Shown here: positions 53,030 through 64,000 of the stretch, in pieces
Position numbering within the stretch: position 1 is the stretch's first letter
Layout: each line of letters opens with the position of its first letter
Source of the DNA: Eledone cirrhosa
Lineage: Eukaryota
NCBI GenBank assembly: GCA_964016885.1
Contig: OZ024743.1
Span: 12,276,001-12,340,000, forward strand
Direction: 5' to 3'
Length of the DNA: 64,000 bases
The notes under the pieces: model-generated
Told to the model about the DNA's origin: nothing
Seen by the model: the letters and a program-made list of their open reading frames with translations, nothing else
The model's database searches: none
Position numbers and translations under genes: made by a program

Positions 53030-54590
53030 CTGTAAAACAAAATATATGTGTCTGTGTGTGAATATATATGCAGTGGATATACAGATATTAATATATATAT
53101 AAACACACATATATATAAAGACAACAAAGTGTCAGAATCATAAAACCATTGAATTAAATGCATTGCAACATTTGTTCTGGTTCAGATTTCAAACCTTGCA
53201 GAGCTCAACTTCAGCTTTTATCCTTAAGGGATTGATAAATAAAGTACCACTCCAGGAATGGTGATTTGGCAGAATTGTTAGAGAATTGAATGAGTTACCT
53301 CATGATATCTCTTCCACATTCTGAGTTCAAATTCAACTCATTCAAGTTCAACTCATATATAAACAGGTAAGCTTAAAACAAGCATATTTGCTGAGGTTTC
53401 ATTGCGCAGTGAATCAAAAATAGCTAGGTGGAAATATATAAAAAGACACAAAGGGTATCTAGTCATAGAAACCCTCTCAAAAAGGAGGACTTTTTAGCTG
53501 TATGAAAGCTGTATGAAAGATATGAGAATCACCCTATTGCTGGTTCCATGATAAAATGAACTTGGTAGAGCACAGAAATGTATGTAAGTGAAATGCAGAT
53601 TCCTGCCCCATTCTAGAAGTTGGTGGCTAAGTAAATGAAGATGATGATGGTGTATATCAACACATCATCATTTATACATTCTCTTTTCCATGCTTGCAAC
53701 AGTTGGAGGTCTTCTCTAATACAGCATACTGCACCTTGTTGCAGTCCTTTTTCATTACATTTGTGATATAAATACACAAATAAATACTAAGTGAACAAGT
53801 GCTATTTTCTGGTGCTTGGAACTACTTTCAATAGAAAATATCAAGTAATCCATAGGAAAAAGTAGAGATTATATCTCAGGATGCTCGACACTAAAGAGAA
53901 GAATGGCACTCCATTGGCCTAAGTCAGCATGTAAAATTAAAGGTGAAATGTAAAGATGTATATATATATAAAAAAATATAAATTTGGCCATGTGTACCTA
54001 ATTTAGAATAGGTACACCAGCATGTCCCTGCATGTCATAAGAAGCAACTAAAAGGGTTGGTGTCAAGAAGGGCATTCAGCTGTAGAACATTGCCTCAAAA
54101 AATCCCATCCAACCCATGACAGTATAGAAAAGTCATTGTAAAAACGATGATGATGTTAATGAATACTTGAATGAGATGCCTTGCAGTATTTTTCTATCTG
54201 TTCTTATTCTGAATTTAAATCTTGCAGAGACCTACTTCGCTAACAGAATTAATCAATCGCTCATTTTAACACCAACATCTGACCCTTGAATGTCTTAAGC
54301 AAAATCCACACTGCTGCAATTATTTGGGCCAGGTCTCTTGCTCGAGGATACCTTCCACTCTCCTTCCCACAAGTTTCAGAAGTGCTGAAAATGGTCATGA
54401 ACATTGCCCTTCCCTCTTTGATTAAGCAGTAAAACAAATATAAATTTACATTCACCCAGCAGTCAGAGACAGCTGGAAATTGTTATACATTTTTATCCCT
54501 AAAAAAGTAAAAAGAACAAGAACTGTTGATTGTAAATGACATAAAAACATGGATAAGACAAAATTATCAAAATATAATCTAACATATTAC

Positions 54591-54698
54591 CCTATAACTG
54601 ACAGCATTGATAGGGGCCATGTGACCAGTCATTTTGCTTGCCAGTGTGCCATTTCTGGTATTCCAAACCTTCAACACAAAGTCATTTGAAGATGTGAC
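54591..54698 (-). CDS. TEP1: TEP1-like exon (VTSSNDFVLKVWNTRNGTLASKMTGHMAPINAVSYR)
   Basis: ttttag acceptor and gtaata donor; 108 nt, phase 0/0; WD40 signature (S.D..LKVWN...GH). Confidence 0.88.
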
Positions 54699-55854
54699 CT
54701 AAAATGAAAAAGAAAACTGATAATAATTATATTCATCAAAATTTTCAGTTAACAACAATTTTTCCATTTTCTCAGAGAATGGGTCGCAGGTGGCAGATAG
54801 CAATATTGCCACAAAATATGATCGTTAGTTGCAATTTATGTAGGCTCCTGCTGGATGAATAAGAAACCCTGGAACAACAGAAGTAAACCACTAGAGGAGA
54901 TGGAGTAATGGTTGACACTGTTGGCTCCCAAGAAAACTCACAATCCGGTAATGTAGCTACAATGAGGTGATTAAAGACTGCCTAGTTTTCATAGGTCTGA
55001 GAAAAGTGCCAAATTGGTGACTGGTGCGAATGAGACCACCAAAACACTGCAATATGGCCAGAAAAAGTAAAAACATCCATACCATACTGGAGACATGATC
55101 AGGCTTTAGGTAGAGTCCTGTTCAAAAAATATATTGCAGTCTACACCCAATGCTGCAAGAACTGGCGATGAGGTTGTGTCCTATGTGTGGGGGTACTCTT
55201 TTATTTAGAAAGATGCATTCTCATGAGGTGGCGAGAATACTTTGCTAATATCCTAAACCCGGTCACAACAGCATTTTTTGATGTACACAAGATGCACCTA
55301 GGAGTGATAACTAATCCCTTGGAGGCTAAGGTCACAAGAACAATTAAAGAGTTCAAATACAGCAAGGCTGCTGGAGAGGATGATGTTAAAATCCTTAAAT
55401 AGAGAAGCAATGGCAATCAAGAGTGATAATCCCAATTTTCAAAAAATAAGACAAGAGAGATTGCTCCAATTATAGAAGAATCTCTTTGTTAAGCCTACCC
55501 ATTAGAGTATGGATTGGGTGCTTTTTATCATAGCACTGAAATTATCACCTTACAGGGTGGACTGGATACTTTTTCTTGTGTCACCAACATGACCATCTTA
55601 CAGGTTGGAATGGGTGCTTTTGTTGTTGTGGCACTTAGTGCTTTTTGTCATAGCAATAGTATTGTGAGAGATCAGATGTAGAGCATATCCAGCGTTCATG
55701 CTTGATGCATGTGTTGGGTAGATGAAGTGTACCAAGGGTAATGATTTGGAGGGGGATATTTATCTAGTAAGGACAGGGTATTAAAACTGGAGAATGAGAA
55801 GATTGGTGCAGACTATTGTGTCCTCAACATATTTGTTTCATTTCATTATATGTA

Positions 55855-55896
<42 letters not shown>

Positions 55897-55968
55897 CACA
55901 CACACATATTATATATATTTATATATATATATACATATATACACACACATATATACATACACACACAC

Positions 55969-56029
<61 letters not shown>

Positions 56030-56030
<1 letters not shown>

Positions 56031-56350
56031 GTGTGAATACCCCCTCCGCCTCCGTGGTATTTTCTTCGTGGTTATAGGAGGCTTAGCTCTGTTTCTCGAC
56101 CGTTATATCGCGTGACTGTCTCCCCCTCCGCCTTTTGGGATTCTTTCTCACGTCGTGTAGACGCGTTCTTGAGACTAGTAAAATGAGGTATCCTCTTGAT
56201 AAGTCGGCAGACCTCGCAAGGACTCTATATCTTTGATATATTGTTTTTGTTTATGCCACGAAACTACGTAGTCGAGGAATTTAGGAACAGTTTAGGTATG
56301 ATACATTTTATTACTAATTATATCTAAATGTTTCTTCTCTCTTCATAATG
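56030..56350 (+). mobile_element. Penelope-like pseudo-LTR remnant with a degenerate hammerhead
   Basis: 56191-56278: tcctc TTGATAA gtcggca...tgccac GAAA ctacgtag TC gagga. Confidence 0.6.
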
Positions 56351-56509
56351 TATTTTTAACTCTGATACTGGTTCAGTCTGGTTCAAACTGAATTGGTCTG
56401 TCCCAGTCATTCATTGAGCAACATCGGTGAAGTTGGCACCCTTAACTCACAGTTGGGTGCGGATGCATTCATGTATATATGTGTGTGTCCGCATGTATCT
56501 GTGTGTTTC

Positions 56510-56549
<40 letters not shown>

Positions 56550-57764
56550 CATATATACACACACATATATACACACACATAAGTACACATAAAAACAGAC
56601 TTCGGCATATTTTCATATATACACATACATAACCATAGGTATTTAGAAATATACACATACACAAACATACATTAATATGAATATGTGTGTGTATGTGTGT
56701 AAAACTTATATATTATATATCAAGAAAATAAGTATGAGAGAGACATAGAAACAGGAGAGAAACTGAGAGACACAGACAAACACTGACACACAGACATCTG
56801 AAAGCATATTTATGATCCATATTGATTTATTTCTAATCTATTATTCTCAACATATGTATCAAAAATATTGAAACATAGTAATACCTCCACCAATACTACT
56901 ACCACCAAAACAGCTGCCACCACTATCAACACCATCATAACTACTGAACTCCAACCACCATATTACTCCTGTTATTTACACCACCATAAACACTATAGAT
57001 AACATCACCACCATCAACATAATCACCATCACAAGCAACAACAATACCACCACCATCATCACAATCACCATACCCAATGTTAATTAATATAATGCACACA
57101 TATACTAACAAAGAACACTCCTCCCCACTCATATACATACACAAATAAATAAAATTTAAAAGAAAGAAACCTCAAAGAAAAGAAACAGACAGAGACTTTT
57201 TAAACAATAGCATGAGCAACTATTGATATTAAGAGATTGAAGCATTTCTAAGATTTCACTTTATCAGTGATATTGCTGCAACTTAATGCACATCAATGCA
57301 CATCAATGGCAGAATGAGATATTTTACAAAGTAAAATCACAGCATCCCAATACTTTTGATGTGACATATAACATCACTGACTGACTGACTTCGGGTTGGT
57401 TGGTTGTTTGGGTGAATGGTAGATGGGTTGTGTAGGTTGTTATTTAGCACTGGGTCAGCTTTGATTTAGCAGACTTATGATCAAAAGCTTTGATCATATC
57501 ATATTTTTCTTATGTTGCAGGAAACTGAGGACTTTATTATGTAACATATATTTCTAAGTCAGTCTGGTGTGATGTAAGAGAGATTCAGTTGTTATTTCTA
57601 GCACATTCAGTGACCATGCAGAGGCTTGCTCATTTTTGTTTAGTTCTAGGCTGGCTTTGACTGAGCAAAGCTATGATGAAAAACATCCCAACCTCCACCA
57701 TTCCAACTTTTCCCTGTGTGTAAGAAACTCAGGACCATGCTAAATGTACCACATTAAACCACAT

Positions 57765-58262
57765 TTGGCAGTATCGGGAGAGGGTCAGACGCCATGCTTT
57801 CCAGCATAGTTACGTCCCTTTACGATCTGAGTTCAAACCCCGCCGAGGTTAACTTTGCTTTTTATCCTTACGGGGTCGATAAAATAAAGTACCAGTAATG
57901 TACTGGATAATTGTTGGCCTTGTGCCTAAAGTAGAAACAATTATTACTGAGGATTAGCAGTACCGTTAGAGGGTCGGATGCTATGCTTTGCTGCATAGAG
58001 TTACGGCTCTTTACGGTCTGAGTTCAAATCCCACCGAGGTTAACTGTGCCTTTCATCCTTACAGGGTCAATAAAATAAAGCACCAGTAATGCACTGGGGT
58101 AATTTCTGGCCTTGTGTCAAAAGTAGAAACAATTATTACTAAGGGCAGTGGATTGGCAGTATCAATAGAGCATCAAACACCATGCTTTGCAGCATAGAGT
58201 TATGGCCCTTCACGTTCTGAGTTCAAATCCCGCTGAGGTTAGGTTTGCCTTTCATTCTTAAG
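57765..58262 (+). mobile_element. Three head-to-tail family B SINEs
   Basis: Units start at ~57765, ~57950 and ~58141. Confidence 0.88.
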
Positions 58263-61224
58263 GGTGTGTGTGTGTGTATATATCTCTTTGTACACCTTTA
58301 AATTTTGGAAAACAAAGTTTCATTTATTCTTCTTCACTTTTGTTACTTGTTTGAAATATCCTCTACAATGGCATGTGACACAAGATAGTATTGTAAACTG
58401 AGTAATGATTAAAGTTGAGGTGTAGAGGAACCAAAGAGGAGAGGCAATGGACCTGAAGAGGCTAGATACTCCCTTAGATAGGTGACCTGGGTCATTGACA
58501 ACTCAGTTATTTTGTCATGAACAGTACACCCCAGTGAAAAGACAAGAAATACAGATAGTTCAAATGAAAGGCTCGTATCACATAGGATTTTATTACATCT
58601 ATGATTATCTCACAGGGTTTAATACAATGAAACATCAGGTTTAAGCATGATGGTCATAGAATTGGTTTGAAAGAAGACTGTGGGATGTAGTATGAGCAAT
58701 TCCCTCATGATCCACCAATGTTAGCAATAAAAATATGAGATAAGCATCCAAGGAAACCTTTGTGTGGTTGCTGTGAAATCACTGCTATTGCACAGGTCCA
58801 CAGCCAAGACACTCACAAAATATCAGAAGACATGGTTTGATATTACTTAAACTCACACATTGCAGACCATTCTGAATATCTTCTGGAAGGAGCATTCAAT
58901 CAAATATAGAATGTACAGTAATATTTATGTAATCACTGATCTCATTAGAGGGAGATACATGCACTTTAACCCTTTAGCATTCATATTACTCTATATTTAC
59001 TATGATATTTTCACATTAAAGGCTTTACCTCACATACTTATCTCACATAATATTGAATCTTTGAGATTTTGATATTTATTTTGAGAACAATACTTTAACG
59101 TCAGAATGAGTAGCAAGTTACGACCGGTTTGAACAGAAAGAGGTGAGGGAATTCTGGCCGGATATGGCCAATTTAAAAGCTAAAAAGTAAAAGAACATTG
59201 CTGCAGGACTGAGCAAGAACTTAGAAATATACTACAATGAACACCATAGCATGAACACACACACACATTGGCCATCTAACAAACACCTTCATTGACCAGC
59301 TCTGAACACAAATGGGATGTAGCCCTCCTGACCTCACAAAATGCTATGCATGATACAGATGGATGACATGATCGAGTCAACAAATCCAAGCAAGCTCATA
59401 GTTTTAGTTTATGTGAAAGTATTATTGAACAAAATATTTTCTTTTTTATTTGGAAATCTTTTTTTTTTTTCTGTTAACTCAGGAAGGGAAAGACAGAGAA
59501 CTTCACCATTTACAAGACATCCAAAAATGGTAAAAGAAATGGAAAAAAAGGATCCTCCAAACCAAAGACCTGGCCAAAATGAAACAGAATGAACTCTGTT
59601 AAAGGCTCCCAAACTCTTGATGGTGGCGTTAAACCAAGCAACAGATTAACTCTACCATCCAAGCAAGCTACAGCATGAATTGAATTAAAAACACAGAGCT
59701 GGAATGACCTAAAATTCTTACTGATTCTAAACTTTGGAATGGTACTTTATTTCATTTAATCGAAAAAGATGAAAGGCAAAGTTGACTTTGGTGGGATCTT
59801 AGAATGCAGAGAGCTGAAACAAATACTACAGTGTATGTTTGTTGTAAGCTTTCATGACTACCAAATCACCACCTACCTCTATCATTTAAAACTGAGTAGA
59901 TAATTTTAGAACTTCAATAGTGAAAGTCTTCTATCCAACTGGATGGGTCAAGGTTTATGGGTTTTGATATTCTCAAGGCCTATTTAAAGTAATGCATTAT
60001 TGGATTTCGTTTTGCAAAATAAACTAAATCTGAAAAAAGTTTCTTTTGTGGGAAGGAATATTGGAGAAAAAACTAACATTCTTTTTCCTAATATAGCTGT
60101 TTTTATTGCACCCAAGGGCTACGTGGTTGTATTAAAACTGGCAACTGATTAGATATATCACCCAAGTAGGATGCAGCATGATATGAATACAGAATGCAAA
60201 GGGCTGAAATTCTTCAGTAAAAAATAATAAAAACGATGAAGTTAAAGAGAAATTAAAGGAATGTGAATTTAATGGAATTGCATGCCAGGTAAAAGATGGA
60301 TAAGAAGAAACTGAAAAGATAATAGAGTACAAGGGATAGAAAATGAAAGACGTATAAGGAAAAAGAGATGAGGAGGCAGGTGAGTGGAAGAAGTGGTGAT
60401 AGTATTAGAGAGAGAATGACAATTAGAGGTGGAGATTCAGCACTGTGGTGTGAGCAGAGAGAAGGCAAGAGCTACATAGAAAAGAAAGAAGAAAAGGAAA
60501 AGACATATGCACACTCAAGCATTGGGAAATATATAATAGATACACACACACATATATATGTGTGTGTGTTTGTGTGTACATGTGTATATATAGATACATA
60601 CATACCTATATATAGATATACGTACCTCTATGTATATATATATATATCCTTAAGGATATACACATAGTTATGATAAACATAATCTCCTAAATCATAAGAT
60701 GTATATTACAAGAAAAAGAATTGTAAACATGACATCAAGAGAAATTTTGACAATATAATAAACCTATTCTCTTGAATTTTGAAATTGTCAGTGTAATAAA
60801 TTTTGACACATCAAAAAGAATATTGACATAATAAATCATGCTAAACTAAAGGATAGACTGTGGGAGTTACATGTTATTTCATGACAAGAAATATATTCTA
60901 TTACCTACTGCAACTCACTGATAGTTTTACACTATTTTAGTTGCTCAACATATATATATATATATATACAAATGTATATTCAACTAAATGAAATAAAAAC
61001 TCAAAACATTTAGATTGATTTAACTACAAATATTTTCTGAAAGTAGTCCTGATTCAACACAGAAATATTAGTTCTCACAAAGTAATCTCTACTGGTTCTC
61101 AATCTGTTAAAAATAGCAGCTAAATTGCCCTCAGATTACACCCTATTCTCTTGAAAAACAGAGTATTACACATTGGATATTGTAAACTTAAAGAAATAAT
61201 GCCCATAATGTCAGCAAGAGAATG

Positions 61225-61869
61225 GTGACTCATCCAAAGAGGTGCCCAGAGTCAATCAGTCAAAGTTTCCAGCGACAACATTGGTCTTAGGTGTCATCAG
61301 CAGTCAAGGTGACGTCATGCCACCTCACTTCTTCCCTGAGGGCCTCAAGCTGAACACCGATGGCTACATCCGCATTCTGAGTGAGGTAGTAGAGCCCTGG
61401 ATCGCCCAGGTAGCTGCAGGTAGGCCGTACATGTGGCAGCAAGACTCAGCGCCCTGCCATACCAGCCGAAAGACCGAAGCCTGGCTGTCAGAGAACTTCG
61501 TCGACCACATTTCACCTGACATCTGACCTCCCAGCTCGCCTGACTGCAACCCCCTCGACTTCTTTGTGTGGGGCGCAGTGGAACGAGACACCAACAGATC
61601 TAGCTGCAATACGAAAGACGATCTGAAGGCCAGGATCACAAGTGCCTTTGGGGGCCTAAGTCAGGGGACAGTGACGAAGGCCTGTAGCCGGTTCCAAGGC
61701 CGCCTTGAGGCCGTCATCAAAGCCAATGGTGGGTTTATCGAGTGAGATCGAAAGAACAAGTCATGAAGACAAACTGAGCCAGGTTTGATAAATATATCTT
61801 AAAAAATAGAACTACTGTGTAATTTTTTCATAGACAGTAATCTTGCGAACAAATATCGTCCGCACCCTG
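61225..61869 (+). mobile_element. 5'-truncated maT/DD37D Tc1-mariner transposon
   Basis: WQQDSAPCH...*PPSSPDCNPLDF with 37 residues between the two Asp; W changed to stop at 61524; ends NGGFIE* then ...cgcaccctg|TA. Confidence 0.88.
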
Positions 61870-63086
61870 TATATAATGTTAAATAATGAAAAAATAAGAC
61901 AAGGTGTGGTAGCTAATCGATTGTTTCAGAGAGCAGCAATGTATCAATGTGCAGATCAGTCGATGGCAGTTATGCAACTTCAATTCTGCTATCTATTCAC
62001 ATGAACACTATAAGAGTTCTGGTTATAAATCCTACCTTGATAACATTCATGTGTAATTGTTACATTACCAAGAATGTATGTCATGATAAGCAAATGTGAG
62101 AGAGGTGCAATTAAAGCCAAGAAAAACATTAATATTAAGCATTATAACACTGTGATTTTAAGCTATATAGAAGTAAAGGTATAAAGGATATAAGTCCACA
62201 TGCTGTAATTATTGTTCACATGTTCAAATCATCATCATCATCATGATCATCATCGTTTAACGTCTATCTTTCACACTAGACGTAATGTACAAAATATCAA
62301 CACCCAAAGACACATTTGACTGTATTACATGTTTTTCAAATATTGTATAGAAGCAATATTAGACTAAACACTGTTTTTGGCAGTGCATGTTTTTTTAGAT
62401 GGTATCTGAAAATATGAATTACTGTGAGATATGGCCATGTAGGTAAGACGGTAAAAAGTTCAAAGGTTCCACACTGTAAATGTGGTTGGTGTTGAAACTT
62501 TATGTTGGTGATGCTTATGCGATATATTTTTCTGTCAATCATTATTTGAATTCCTATCCTGCAATCCCACTTGTGCAATTATAATTTACACAGTGCACAC
62601 CTTATGGAATTTCTGCCTATATAATTAGACAAAAAACAAGGAAGTTTTGTTTACATGTATATGATTTTTATTGTGTATCGACTTGTTACTCGTGTTTCAT
62701 AGAGAATTGGCTCAAGGTCACCCATAGAGTTATGGACCAGAGTCCACTATTGATGTACTCTTCAGACTTGTGATGTGACGAAAAAAACATTTTTGTTGTA
62801 ATAACAGGATGATACACAATAAATATCATATACATGTAAACAAAACTTCCTTGTTTCTTTCTAAAATATACACTCTGCTTGTGCATAGGGTACTTGCTTT
62901 GGTACCAACACCAGTAATACACTGAATCATCTACACTATATATACAGTCCTATACGAGCAAGACAACCAATCTTGCCTCAAGTGGGAAAATTCCCGTCCA
63001 AATCCATGCAAGCGTGGAAGATGGACGTTAAACGATGATGATGATATATATACATATATACATATATATATACATATATACATATA

Positions 63087-63117
<31 letters not shown>

Positions 63118-63449
63118 CAAATCATTCTGTTTATATATTTCTAAATAACATTTTTCAAAGCCAGATAATTGTTATTGCAAGCAGGGAAAAGCGGACGTAG
63201 AATGATGATGATGATGATGAAGCAAATTTGTTTTTATTAATTTCTTTAAAATTATCTCTACATGACGTTAACAGTATGTATAATGTGGAAAGAAATCACA
63301 GTCTGATTGGTCCAGAAATGTTGAAATATTATAACTATAAAGCAAAAACTGAAAGTAAAGAATATACTTGAATTGGGCAGCAAGGATATGGTAATAGATA
63401 AATTGGATAAAAAAAAGAATGTTATGAAAGAAATGTTTTGAAAAATTAC

Positions 63450-63560
63450 CAAGAACTTGCCACATTTAGACATCTTGCAGTCAGTGATCCAATCTTTGTG
63501 ACAATCAAACAAGATTCGATGTGGCTGCCAAATTTTGTTCAAATCCCAAATTACAACTTT
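63450..63560 (-). CDS. TEP1: TEP1-like WD40 gene, most 5' exon in window (KVVIWDLNKIWQPHRILFDCHKDWITDCKMSKCGKFL)
   Basis: tttcag acceptor and gtaatt donor; 111 nt, phase 0/0. CHKDWITDC resembles the CHRDWVTGC motif I recall from human TEP1. Confidence 0.85.
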
Positions 63561-64000
63561 CTGAAAGAAAAGAAAATATTAATAGGGAAATAAAAAAAAT
63601 GTTAATAATGTATTTTCTAAATTGTATGAGATATATGTTGCTATAGCAATATTCCTCCTACACAGGATAAAAGGGATAGTTATTATCTTATAAAGATGTA
63701 ACATGCATGTATAACAGCATATGAACATACAATTATCTACTTTTCTCTGCAGTTTTACATAAAACAATTTTTCTATTTCAGTATAGGTGAGATGATTATG
63801 CAAATTCATGTATTTACTGTTTTGTGTTGCAATTATCTTAACAGTCAGTTGCCCTTCCGAGCTTCCTCACCATAAATAATTTCCAAACCATAAAAATACA
63901 CATGGAATTTTTTTGTTAGTCAGGAATAATAACTGAAGAATGTTTACATAACTTGTCCATCTTTACAGCGCTAAGGCTAATGTAAAATTTTAACTCATGA

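Overview
AT-rich, repeat-dominated eukaryotic DNA, not prokaryotic. The long (AT)n tracts and the SINE/RTE/Penelope repertoire look like a coleoid cephalopod, probably Octopus (inference). The one host gene I can support is the 3' part of a minus-strand WD40 gene: 12 phase-compatible GT-AG exons from 63560 down to a TGA at 29890, giving 527 aa. It resembles the C-terminus of TEP1 (telomerase/vault protein component 1) motif by motif, and its 5' part lies beyond the window. The rest is mobile DNA: a near full-length CR1-group LINE (ORF1 with a trihelix/Myb-like domain plus a CCCH finger), a 5'-inverted RTE LINE, a decayed Naiad-type Penelope-like element with a hammerhead ribozyme that is flanked by a ~0.9 kb inverted duplication, mariner and DD37D transposon relics, MITEs and many tRNA-derived SINEs. 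The least explained stretch is ~38.7-42.3 kb, inside a TEP1 intron. It has a Helentron/HINE-like terminal hairpin, a ~219 bp inverted repeat and small cargo genes, including an SGNH esterase-like gene with 55-57 nt introns. All family assignments come from remembered motifs, with no database search.
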